Shown here: positions 1 to 13,600 of the stretch, one piece after another
Layout: the number at the start of each line of letters is the position of its first letter
How positions within the stretch are numbered: the first letter of the stretch is position 1
NCBI RefSeq assembly: GCF_001194135.2
Contig: NC_068987.1
Span: 89,566,919-89,630,918 of the forward strand
DNA: 64,000 bases
Source: Octopus bimaculoides
Lineage: Eukaryota
Direction: 5' to 3'
Position numbers and translations under genes: made by a program
Notes under the pieces: generated by a model
The model's database searches: none
Told to the model about the DNA's origin: nothing
Seen by the model: only the letters and a program-made list of their open reading frames with translations

Positions 1-6
1 GTTGTA
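1..6 (+). CDS. TCTN: Probable last 6 nt of an upstream tectonic exon
   Basis: GTTGTA|GTAAGT is a consensus donor at 6/7. Read as GTT GTA (VV) it joins in phase 0 to TPKVF. Only 6 nt are visible. Confidence 0.5.
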
Positions 7-3000
7 GTAAGTGATACTTTTTATGTTCTTTGTTGCCTTGAAATGTTAAGAACCAAAGATGGTTTGCTTCATGATATATTTGGGAATAGAGTCATTGCTA
101 CACAAGCAGTATTTATACATTTTCAACAACCATTTTATCTTGAGTTCCTTTCAAGTGTTGGGCCTTGCAGAGGCAACAACCGAGACCTTTGGCATTATGT
201 TGTGCTTGAGAAGAAGACCCATCAGGCCAAGCAGAATTGCAGTTGTGGCAGATACCAGTGTCATGCAAATTGGTACCTGTGTCGGTGGTACGTAAATGTA
301 TCCTGGTGTCGTGCAAATGGTACCCATGCTGGTGGCATGTAAAAGCACCCATTTCACTCTTGGAGTGGTTAGTGTTAGGAAGGGCATTCAGCTGTAGAAA
401 ACCATGCCAAATCAGACTGGAGTTTTCCAGTGTGCCAGCCCAGTCAAACCGTCCAACCCATGCCAGCATGGACAACAGACATTTGATGGTGGCGGTGGCA
501 ATGGTGGTGTCGTCGTTGTCGTCTTGCCACCAGTTCGATATTTGTTATGTAAGGAGAATGCAATCAGTTATGGGTAGAAGTAAAATGAAAATGTAAGCTC
601 GCAAGGAATGAAGCCAGTATGCTCCGTTGGATGTGTAATGTCAATGTGAATACCCGTCAGAGTGTAAGTATCTTGAGAGAAAAGCTGAACATTAGAAGCA
701 TCAGTTGTGGCGTGCAAGAGAGACGATTGCGCTGGTATGGACATGTGGTGAGAATGGAGGAGGATAGCTGCGTGAAAAAGTGCCACACCCTAACAGTTGA
801 GGGAACCCGTGGAAGAGGTAGGCCCAGGAAGACCTGGGCTGAGGTGGTGAGGCAAGACNNNNNNNNNNNNNNNNNNNNNNNNNNNNNNNNNNNNNNNNNN
901 NNNNNNNNNNNNNNNNNNNNNNNNNNNNNNNNNNNNNNNNNNNNNNNNNNNNNNNNNNNNNNNNNNNNNNNNNNNNNNNNNNNNNNNNNNNNNNNNNNNN
1001 NNNNNNNNNNNNNNNNNNNNNNNNNGCCTGACTGGCTCCTGTAGGATTTTCGAGCGAGATCGTTGCCAGTGCCCCTGGACTGGCTTGTGCGGGTGGCACA
1101 TAAAAGACACCATTTCGAGCGTGGCCGTTTTCGTGCGGGTGACACGTAAAAGCACCCACTACACTCTCTGAGTGGTTGGCGTTAGGAAGGGCATCCAGCT
1201 GTAGAAACTCTGCCAAATCAGACTGGAGCCTGGTGTTGCCATCCGGTTTCACCAGTCCTCAGTCAAATCGTCCAACCCATGCTAGCATGGAAAGCGGACG
1301 TTAAACGATGATGATGATGAAAGACTTGTGAGTGGACTTGGTAGGTGGAAACTGAAAGAAGCCTGTTGTACATGTATGTATGTGTGAGTGAAGGTGTGTG
1401 GCTTAGTGGTTAGAATATTCAGCTCACAGTTGTAAGGTTGTGAGTTCAATTCCTTGTTGCATGTTGTCTCAATGAGCAACACACTTTATTTCATGTTGCT
1501 CCAGTTCACTCATTTGGCAAAAATGAGTTGTACCTGAATCTTGCTGAGAACTACATTAAGGGTATGCATGTCTGTGGAGTACTCAGCCATATGCATGTTA
1601 ATTTCACAGGCTGGCAATTCTGTTGATTGGATCAACTGGAACACTCATTGTCATAACCGATGAAGCACCAGTTCGTACGTATGTTTGTATCTCCTTGTCC
1701 TGGCATCACATCATCATCATCATCATCATCCATCATTTTAAATCCGGGTTTTGTCCCTGTTAACTGGGGTGGCTGGATCTACCTCAATGCCATAACAACT
1801 GCCCTCACACCATCTTGCCTGGTTTTGGGCGTCCTCCCTTCTCAGGCCAACCCTCTCAATCTCCTCCCCCACCTGTCCCTTCCACATTTTCCTCAATCTA
1901 CCTCACCTTGGTCCATTTACCTTAAACTCTAGCACCCTCTTCACAACATGCTCCTCATCCCTCCTCAACACATGCCCATACCACCTCACTTCATTTGCCC
2001 TTGCCAGCCATTCCACTGATTCCTCCAACCCCCACATCCCCATCAAGTCCTCAGTCCTCCTCTTATCAAACAGCCTCCTGCTACATTTCTCTCACCATTG
2101 CTCTCTCTCAGTTCTTCTCAAAATTACCATCTCTCTCTCCCTCAGACTCCATGTCTCACTCCCATACAACATTTCAGCTCTCACACAACTCCTATAGACC
2201 TTTCCTTTCATCTTCAATGAGAACCTTTTTCCATATAACAACGCTCTGCATTCCCTGAACTTCACAAGATAGTTGTAAATGTATGTCACTGCTGTACAGT
2301 CAATGTCATTCATTTCCAGTATTCTGTGAAAAAATATCTGGCCATGAGGAAATATTTCCTTGCTTGGAAACAGATGAAGGCTGGTAGCTGGAAGGGCATC
2401 TGACCATAGAAAAAACCTGCCTCAGTAAACTCTCTCACTGACCCATTCTAGCATGGAAAAGTGGGTATTAAATGATGATGATGATGATGTTTGTCTCGAT
2501 ACCAGTGATCCCAAACTAACTGGATATCCCCTCTGTGCTGCAACATACCATTACTATTTATTACTAATCATTATTGTTTTTCTGGTTTGTGTCTAATGAA
2601 GAAAACCTTAGAATCAAAAAGTTCCAGTCTTTGCCATCTTTCTTTCAGTTGTAATGTTTCTAAGACAACATAGCTGTGTGGTTAAGAAGCTTGCTTTGCC
2701 ACCACATGGTTTCAGGTTCAGTCCCACTCTAGCCCTGGGACAAGCAATTCCTTGTGAGTGAATTTGGTTGATGGAAACTGTGTGGAAGCTTCTCATTTAT
2801 GTATGTGTGTTTGTGTTTGTCCACCTCATCATTACTTGACAACTGGTGTTGGTTTGTTTATCTCACCATGAAATATCAGATCAGCAAAAGAAACTTATTG
2901 CTTGAGTACCAGACTTAAAAATATAGAAATAAGTGTTTATTCAACTAAACACTTCGAGGTAATGCCCCAGCATGGCCACAGTCCAATAACTGAAACGAGT

Positions 3001-6000
3001 AAAAAATAAAAAATATCCAATATAGGGCATGACTTGATGGCTGCTATTTTTTTAGGTCTAACAGCCAATCAAAAACCCTTTTGTCAACTTGAGTTACATC
3101 TAGTAAATTCTTTACTTCTGTAGTACCACTGCCTTCTTCAGAGCTGAATGGTTTATCTTACAAAATTCATCCAGGCTGTATCGAAAAATTTGTGCCCTCT
3201 AATTTTCAGATCCACCCATGCCATGTTGTAATCTGAAACTGATGTAAAAGATTATTCTAGCAAGTTCTATTTCAGCTTTCTTATTTTCAATGATAGAATA
3301 TTTTATTTGCTTGTGGTTTTTGCATTTTTAATGATTTAAGCTGTCTGCACTGAGATCTCTGAATGTAGTTCAATTGCTCATTGTTTCTGCATTGAAATTT
3401 AGGTCTGTTAAAATACTAAAATATGATAGACTTCACTTAATAAACTATGAATCCTAACAACTGCTCCCTGATTCATTCCAAAAATGGACTTAATATTTAA
3501 AAGTTATCTTTATATGGAATTATTTTCCAGACACCAAAGGTTTTCAAAGAATCGTTTTTGAAAATGTTATTGAACAAAACTGCAAGCTCTAGAAGCAAGT
3601 CAGGTATGCTATTCATAATTTATTCAATAAATTATATGCCAAACTAACATGGTTCAGAAAATTTGGACTTTTTTATAAATTATAGAAAGCTGGTAATTAA
3701 TGGGAAACTTTCATAATAATGCTGCTGTTTATTACTGTGAGAGCTGTTCTACTCTAACAAGAGTTGGAATCAATGCAATATTTAACCATACAAAGATAGT
3801 AATAGTCTGTTAATGTTATTGGTTACAATAGCAGAATGGAATAGGTATTGGATTAGCAACTCATCATCATTATTGTTTTAACATCTACTTTTCCATGCTT
3901 GCATGGGTTGGATGGAATTGGTTGAGATGAATTTTCACTGGCTGGATGCCCTTCCTGTCACCAACCCCTCACCTGTTTCCAAACAAAGAATTATTACTCC
4001 ATGGCCAGACATGTTTTTCATGGAAGATTGTAAAAGCGATACAGCTTGCATGATGGTGACTCTTGCTTACAACTTTCGTGTGAAGTCAAGGCAGAAATAT
4101 TAACACACACACACACATGATGGGCTTCTTTTAGTTTCCATCTACCAAATCCACTTGCATGTCTTTGGTCAGCCAGGACTACACAGTGGAAAACATTTGC
4201 CCACACTAGGACTGAGCCCAAAACCATGTGATTAAGAAGCAAACTTCTTACCACACAAGCCACGCCTGTCCAACTTATAGGTTGTTAAATTAAATCCACT
4301 GTAGACATTCTCAAGCATTTCTGTATAAATGTTGCAATCTAAATTTCTGCATTTCTAGCAGTCTGGGAAATTTCTTGCAGTAGAGGAGTGCCCTGTTCAA
4401 ATGAAGTTTCTCATATGATTAATACCAAACATGGAATGTGCTGGTTCAATGGACTATTTAGTCCTGTTATTTTGTCGGTTTAATTACTGACATATGTATG
4501 GTGAATCATAGCACAACAGGAGCCTATTTCAATTCTCTGAAATGAAATGAATAGAAAATAAATATGGTTGAAGAAGGAAAGATCTGTATGGATTAAAAAA
4601 AGAGTTTCTTACACCTCATATATAACCTCAACTACACAAACCACACAGATGCTTACTATCAACATTCTCAAGTGCAGAACCATTTCAATCACCATTTTAT
4701 CTGGTATTAACCAGTCATCTTCTGTATCATCCTCGCTGTCGTTGTCGTCACCACCGCCGCCGTCGTTGTTTAACGTCCGCTTTCCATGCTGGCATGGGTT
4801 GGACAGCTTGACTGAGGATTGGCGAGCCAGAAGGCTGCACCAGGCTCCGCTGGATATATATATATTAGAAGGTTTGGAGGTGATGTACAGGTATTATATA
4901 TTAGAAAAAATAATAAGGTACTCAGAGATCTAGATGGTTGTACATTTACAGATTTTTATTAATATGTCACATGTTTTTATAAATCATATATTAGCGCTTG
5001 CATCTAGTACGTCATTTTTCTACATAAAGTCTTTTGTTGGTCATGCAATCCTTCACAGCTTCATCCATAGGAAATTGACGATCTTGCAAACCATCTTCCA
5101 TCAGTCCAAAGATATGATAGTCGGAAGGGGCGAGATCTGGGTTGTAGGCAGGGTGTTTCAGCACCTCAAAACCCAATTGATTACTGTTTTCAACAGTCTG
5201 GGTGGCCATGTATGGGTGTGCGTTGTCATGCAACAACAAAACTTTCTTTGACAATAGGCTTTGGCATTTGGTGCAAATTGCTGGCTTCAGTTTGATGGCC
5301 AGCAAAGCACTGTATCTTGCACTGTTGGTCATACACCCCTTTTTCAGCACTAACAGCACCGTCCAAGCATGATCATTGCCAGAGCAGCTGTCTGGCTTCC
5401 ATGCCAGTGGCATGTAAATAGCACCATTTGAGCGTGATCGTTTCCAGCGACGCCTTACTGGTACTTGTGCTGGTGGCATGTGAAAAAACATTCGAGCAAG
5501 GTCGTTGCCAGTGCTGCTGCACTGGCTCCTGTGCAGGTGGCACGTAAAAAACACCATTTTGAGCGTGGCCGTTGCCAGTACCGCCTGACTGGCTCTCGTG
5601 CCGGTGGTACGTAGAAGTACCCACTACACTCTCGGAGTGGTTAGCGTTAGGAAGGGCATCCAGTTGTAGAAACTCTGCCAGATCAGATTGGAGCCTGGTG
5701 CAGCCATTTGGTTCACCAGTCCTCAGTCAAATCGTCCAACCCATGCTAGCATGGAAAGCAGACGTTAAACGATGACGATGATAATGATGCTATATATATA
5801 TATATATATACATACAAGGGGAAGATAATTTTTGATTTCCCCTTGTATATGCATGCATGTGTTTCTTTTGTCCTGACACAGCATGATAGTGGCAAATGAG
5901 TGTCACTGTAATACAAGAAATGTCATTCATTTTCAGTACTCTGTGAAATTTTACCAGGCCTTGGAGAAATATTACTTTATTTAGAAACAAAAAGAGAGTC

Positions 6001-7744
6001 GATGACAGGAAGGCATCCAACAAATTCTGTTTGACTCATGCAAGCATGGGAAAGTAGATGATAGGATGACTGAAACAATCTGTAAATAATAAACATTTGT
6101 TAAGTTTCCACCTTGTGATGCATAAAAAAACTCTGCTTATTTACTTTTAGGTAATAAGTTGGGTTTTGACTTATACAACAGCAAGTATGCAATTGCCATA
6201 TCCAATATCACCTTGTGCAGTGACTCTGGTTGCTTCAATCCATCAGAATTCAGCAGGTCTGCTAATCAGTTTGCTCCTATGTTATCTGGTTCCAAGTGCA
6301 TGAATGTTGTCAACAAGGTAGGAATTCTTTATTTGGTATATAATTTTCCCTTTTACTATTTGAGAGTGAAACATTCAAATTTATTTTCTTTGTTTTTCAT
6401 CATACTTGATTTCATGTTTTGTTGCTCAGGGTATTTTGTGATATTCGTCCAACCCATGCTAGCATGGAAAGCGGACGTTAAACGATGATGATGTATGTAG
6501 AAACTGAGGTACATCATTATTCACGTACTCTTTTGTTTGCCGTTTTTGACTCTTATTCTCTGGGCTCAGGCATAGTCATGGCCAAGTGGTGAAGAAGTTT
6601 GTTTAGCAATCGTAACGTTGCATGCTTGATTTCGCTATGTTCATCTTGAGCAAGTGTCTTCATTCAAAGCTTCTGGCTGAACCAAGCCGTGTGAGTGAAG
6701 TGACTGCACCTTCACACATCTTCACCATCATTTTCTTTCTCTTCCAACTAAGATAACCGTATATCTCCCTACAGCATGACACCTGTACCTGTCCCTCTAT
6801 CTTTCTGTAGCTTCTCATCAGCTGGCATCCCTCAGTACTATTCCCCCTTCATTTGATGTAGGGTTGTTGTCTTGTGAGTTACTTGATAATCTCACTAGTG
6901 TAAAAAAGCACCCAAGTACAAAGAAAAAGAAGTGGTTAGCATTAGAAAAGGCTCCCAGCCATAGAAATCATGTGAAAGCAGACATTGGGGTTTGGTGCAG
7001 TTCTCTGGTGTGTTAGCTTCTGTTGAACTATCCAACCCATGCCAGCATGGAATATGGACTTTCACTGACTGCTGCTGCTGGTGATGATGATCTATTAGAT
7101 TGTTTCTACTTGTTCTGCGATGGTTGACTTAATTGTTACCTGGTCTAAATGCTTGACTATTGAGTACTTTTAGCAGAGCCCACTCTGTTGCAATCGTTTG
7201 GACTAAGTTGTTCAGTCTGAAGATAGCAATATTTTTCTACATCCAGTCTCAAAAGACCTACAAGTGTTACTTCCTTCCTCCTTTAACTAAACCCTGCAAA
7301 ACTATAAAAAAAATCTGTCCAGTTCCAAACTAGAATTTTAGTAATTACGTCATGACATAGAATGGCCATCCCAGCCTCTGGATGGCCATTGATACCAAGA
7401 GAGGTAACTATCTCTTCATGGGATGAGTGGATGAGTTGGAATTAAAAAATTGAATATAAATCAAGGAATATGGAGAGGATACAAATTCACACATGTATGC
7501 GTTTGTATGTGTGTGTGTACATATATCATCATCATCAACATGGAAAACGGACATTAAGCAATGATGATGATGATGCATATATGGGTACAAGACGTCACCA
7601 ACAGTGCAAATTACATGAAATACATGAGCGAGGGAAAAAAAGAGTGAAATACATAAACAACAAGAAAAAAGTGGAAAACAAGACAAGTTAACACAGCTAG
7701 CATGGGAAGCGGACGTTAAACGATCATGATCATGATGATATATA

Positions 7745-7787
<43 letters not shown>

Positions 7788-10617
7788 ATTGTATGGGCAA
7801 TAAATGGTCCAATAACATTTCTGATATTTTTTTAATACTTTTAATGTAAACAATTTTGCTTACTTTGTGTAAACTATTCTTTTTTTTTTTTTTAGGTTGT
7901 TTATCATTTTATACACAACGGTACATATGGTATTATTTCAGTCCGTGTGGCTCTAAATTTGATTGATTTGACACAATCTGATTTACCTTTTACTCAAACG
8001 TTTTCCACAGAATTTCAAGAGGTAATATTTTTTATATCATAATACTAAGAATAATTTTCAGAAAATTAATTACCAGATTTGATAGCATATATATTTTTTG
8101 TAAAAAATGGCCAAGTGACCAAGCTCCCTTCGAGTGTTGGGCTTCATGGAGGCAATGACCAAGATCTTAGCATTATGTTTGTGCTTGAGAAGAAGACCCA
8201 TTAAGCTGAACAAAATCGAAGTCGTGGCAGGTACCAATATCACACAAATGCCACCCATGCTGGTGGCACATAAAAGCACCTGTTACATTCTCGGAGTGGT
8301 TGGCATTAGGAAGGGCGTCTAGCTATAGAAACCTTGCCAGATCAGACTGGATTCTGGCGCACCCTTCCAGAGTGCCAGCCCAGTCAAACCTTCCAACCCA
8401 TGCCAGCATGGACAACAGACGTTAAATGATGATGATGTCTCAAAAAGTCACTCTTAGTCTTATATGCAAAGTTGGGCCTCTCAATGCATTAACATCTTTT
8501 TTTTCGTGTCTAATATGTCTGCGTCTTTTGTGTCATCAAATATGGCTATAGCTAAGAATCATCATCACCATCATCATTTAACGTCCGCTTTCCATGATGG
8601 CATGGGTTGGACGGTTTGACTGAGGACTGGCAAGCCAGCAGCTGCACCAGGCTCCAATCTGATCTGGTAATGTTTCTACAGCTGAATGCCCTTCCTAATG
8701 CTAACCACTCCGAGAGTGTAACAGGTGTTTTTACGTGCCACCAGCACGGGGCCAATCAGGTGGCACTACTATCTACCATGCTTGAATGGTGCTTTTTACG
8801 TGCCACCAGCACAGGAGCCAAATCCAAAATTACTTTATGACTTCAGTTCCACTGCATGGCACCTTAGGCAAGTATCTTCTAATATTGCCTTGGGCCAACT
8901 AAAGCCTTGTAAATGAAATTGGTAGATGGAAACTGAAAGAAGCCCATTGTGTGTGTGTGTGTGTGTGTGTGCACTGGTGTCATTTAAAAAGCACCTGTAC
9001 CAGTACCACATAAAAACACCCAGCACACTGTGAAGTGGTTGGCATTAGGAAAGGCATCCAGCCATAGAAACCATGCCAAAACAGACATGGAGCCCAGATA
9101 GCCTCTTCAGCTGGCCACAGCTCCTGTCAAACCATCCAACCCATGTCAGCAAGGAAGACAGCTATTAAATGATGCTGATGATGTGTGCGTGTGTGTGTGT
9201 ATCATCATAATAATCATCATCATATCATCATTTAACGTCCATTTTCCATGTTTGCAATGGTTGGATGGTTTGACAGGATGTGGCCTGCTGGGGCACTGCC
9301 CTGGCTCCAGTTGTCTGTTTTGGCATGATTTCTACAGCTGGATGCCCTTCTTATTGCCAATCACTTTACAAAGTATACTGGATGCTTTTATGTGGAACTG
9401 GTACAGTGTGTGTGTGTGCATTGTTGTGTCCCCCCACCCAGGTATTAGTGCGTTTATATTCCCATAACTTAGTGATTTGACAAAAGTGACTGATGTTTGT
9501 TATATTGTTGGTGACAATATATCGTGTGTGTGTAATAGTGTATCACAGCATCAAATATAACCGTATAACAATAAACAATGTAATAAGAGTTGGTTATCTT
9601 ATTATAACTGTTTGCACAATAACACTCCTATGCAGAATCAATAACGAGACTGTCTACTGGTTCATCAACTTATAAATCTTGTCCAGTCCACGGACAGTCA
9701 TGTGTGGGGGTGTCAGTTCACTCCACAACAATGTTTATCTCCATGATAGCATGAGTAAAATGATCTTTAAAAATTTCCTTAAAATTAGAGCAATACTTCA
9801 ACAGCTGGCTGCTCTGCCTCCTACAAAATTACTCAAGCATGAAGTGGAAGTAAAGCTTTTGGAAAGTTCTATCCCATCCCCTCAGTACACAGTTACTAAA
9901 GTAAAATTTGAACTAGTTCTCACATGATCCCCATTGCAACCATGTATTTTTAGGCAAGTGTCTTCTTTAGCCCTGATCTGACCATTGTCCTGTGAATGAA
10001 TTTGAGAGATGGAAACTGAAAGAAGCCTGTTGTGTGTGTGTATGTTTGTGTCTCCTTCTCTTGACATCACATGAGTGTTGTAAATGAATGTCATTCATTT
10101 CTGATATTCTGTGAAACTTTGTCTGGCTGTTGGGAAATATTACTTTGCTTAGAAACAGATGGTGGTTGGCATCAGGAAGGAGGGCATCTGGCCATAGAAA
10201 AATCAACCTCAGTAAACTCTGTTGAACCCATGCTAATTTAGGAAAATGAACATTTAAAATGTAATGATGAAAATGTATACAATAAAACACACTTTTTCTT
10301 TTCATAAATTCAATCTAATCAATACAGTTCGTTTGTCATATGATTGGTAATGCTCTTTATTTGCTTTTCTTTCTTCAAATATATTCCTCTTTTAATAATT
10401 TTGGTAATATTTTTCAGTTGGAGGCAGAAGATAATGCATATTTCAAGAGGAGTGGTAACCCTGGTTACATAAGGGGTGAACCATTATTAGCTGGAACTAA
10501 AATTAATTTGCCAACAGGACGGTAAAGTTTCAATTTATTTTCATAAATTCTTCATCAATTGCCAAATGTTTTTGAAAGAATAATAGATAATGAAACAAAA
10601 TAAAAACTTTACTTTAC

Positions 10618-10696
<79 letters not shown>

Positions 10697-13600
10697 CACC
10701 TACCTATCCATTTATCCTGTCCAGTCCTTTGGGCCACTTCTCTTATGTTCACCTTCCTCTAATGTGAGGGTTTGCCCTGATACCTCCTCACCATTTTCTC
10801 TCCTTTCCCAACTTGGGTAATCATTTATCTCTTCTACTCATCACTTGGTATAAAGCCATCTCCCTCAATACTGTCCCCACCTCAGCTATGGGGTCTTTTT
10901 TGTGAGTTACAAAATATCACTCATATTATCTTTTAATTGATTAAATGAATCTTATATTATCTTTTAATTGGTTAAATGAATTTTTGCTATTTTCATACAT
11001 TCACAAAATGTCAATGCTGAAGACTAGAGGCCAGATGTCATCCCACTTGAGCCAGTTAATTGGTACAGGGGAAAGAGCTTCCTGTATTAGAGCTTCCAAC
11101 AGTGAGAGACATTTTAAGACTTAGGTTACTACTTCGGGAACAAAATTCAAATGACAGAAGGAATTATATAGTTAAGGAACTCATACATAATATAATGCCC
11201 CATCTTCTGTGTCAGTGGACAAAGGCTAATACACAATTCAAACTGCCAGTGATCATACAGTGTTGAACAATTGAGCTAAATCTAGTGGTACTGTGGCGGA
11301 AAGCAGTACACACATCACTTGGTAAAGGAAACTTGGCAATGAAAAATGCTTTTCTACACTCACTTGGTACACTGTTCGGTATTTTGAGCTGCAGTTTTTT
11401 CCATAATTTTGTGTTCAAAAGGGGAATGTTCCCCAACTGGTAAGAAGAGGAAATCATTCTCACATTGACTGTCGTTGCTCTCGTGAAAAGAAGATACCTT
11501 CTCTGGAGCTAAATTTCATAAGCTCACAGAGGACAAAGGTAGGAGGCCAAGGCAGCATGCAAATGGGATTCAACTGATTATAAAGAAAGAGACAGATTTC
11601 TACTGAAAAAGGAAAGGCCTTGTCAGAGAGAGAAGGAAGAAAAGAAGGGAATGAAGAGTGAAATCATGCAAAGAGAAGAACAGCCATGTTTGTCAGTTGT
11701 TTGGTTAATCTTTTGAAGAGAATGAAGTAATGTCAGATGAAAATTCTAAGGAATCTTCTGAAGCCATAACAAAGAGAAGAAAATGCAATACAAGAGACAG
11801 TTCAAACATTGCATTAGTGTTATTTAAAATTTTTTTTCTTTCCAGAATTTTGTTTTATATGCTAAAAGGCAACAATAAATTACTACCAAGATTGAAAATT
11901 ATGAATTTTCCTATTTACTCCCCAAAATTGACACACCTTAATCTTCAGCACATAATACCTGATGCCTCTTCTTCACTGTCAGGTGTCTCTTACATGGAGT
12001 TAGACAGAAAAATAGTGAAGATCTGCATGGCACTTCGGGCAAGTGTCTTCTAATATATACCCAGGCTGACCAAAGCCTTGTGAGTGGATTTGGCTGAGAG
12101 AAACTGAAAGAAGCTTGTTAAGAGGTGATGATGATGATTGTAGATTAAGATGAACTAATATCATTCCCCTTTTTGTATATTTGATGTATTCTTTCAGTTC
12201 CATAATTAACTTAAGCTCTGATCGAACCAATTGGCTTACAATTCCACAACCTTCACCTGATGGTTCCTGCTCTGGTAAAAGTCGAGTTCCTGTTACTTTT
12301 GGTGTTGATATGCGATCTGGTTGTTTCTTAAAGTAAGTCACTTCACTAAACTTTCAAAACACAGGAAACGATGATCCTGAGTGAATCTACAAAGTTATAC
12401 CTTTATAAAATTTATGTTGTAGCTAAGTATTTCCACTGGCACCAACTAAACCCTAAAATAGATGGGAGGCCTTTAGTTTTCAGATCAGGGGTTTAAGTGC
12501 TGGCATGGCTGTGTGATGAGAAGTTTGCTTCTCAACTATGTAGTCTTGGGTTCAGTTCCACGGCATGGTACCCTGGGCAAATGTCTTCTGTTATAGCCCT
12601 GAGCCAACTAAAGCCTTGTGAGAGGATTTGGTAGATGAAAACTGAAAGAAGCCCATCATGTACACATATATATGTATATTTGTGTGTGTGTGTGTATGGA
12701 AAATAGACTCCATCAAATGCCAGCGGGGAAAACTAGAAGTAGTTGATAGCTTCTGTTACCTAGGTGACCAAGTCAAGAGTGGAGGTGGATGCTCCGAGAG
12801 CATAGCTGCTAGAATAAAAATAGGCTGGGCAAATTTCAGAGAGCTCCTACCTCTGTTGGTCACAAAGGGCTTTTCCCTCAGATTGAAGGGCAGATTGTAC
12901 AATGCCTGTGTGCAAACAGCCATGCTACATGGCAGTGAAACACGGGCTGTGACCACGAAGGACATGTGACAGTGTGAAGGAAATGAAGCTAGTATACTCC
13001 GCTGGATGTGCAATGTCAATGTGCATGCATGACAGAGTGTAAGCACCTTAAGTTGGGCATAAGATGTGGTGCACAAGAGAGATGACTGTGCTGGTATGGT
13101 CATGTAATGCATATGGACGAGGACAGCTGTGTAAAGAGGTGCTAATCTCTAACCTGTGGAAGAGGTAGACCTGTAAAGACATGAGATGAGGTGATGAAGC
13201 ATGATCTTTGAATGTTGGGCCTCACGGAGGCAATGACAAGTGACTGAGACTTTCGGCAATATGCCATGCTTGAGAAGACTTGTCAAGCCATGTGAAATTG
13301 TAGTCATGACCAATGCTGGTGCTTCGTAACCAGCACGTAAAAAGCACCCACTACACTCTTGGAGTGGTTGGTGTTACAAAGGGCATCCAGCTGTAGATGC
13401 CATGCCAAATCAGATTGAAACCTGGTGCAACTTACCAGTTTTCAGTCAAACCATTCAACCCATGCCAGCATGGAAAACATGTTAAATGATGATGATGATG
13501 ATGATGATGATTATAGTTAAGATAATGGGATCCATAAAGGATCAAGGTATATTGAAAGAAGTCATTCAATCTAGCAACATCATCCACAGAGGCCAAAAGT

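Noticed and set aside
3124-3240. Possible exon PLPSSELNGLSYKIHPGC...
   Set aside because: It runs into a stop without a usable donor and is not needed for tectonic phase continuity.
3447-3530. In-frame upstream extension of the 3531 exon (MNPNNCSLIHSKNGLNI*KLSLYGIIFQ)
   Set aside because: It contains TAA at 3498-3500 and a good acceptor sits at 3530; the shared frame is plausibly chance.
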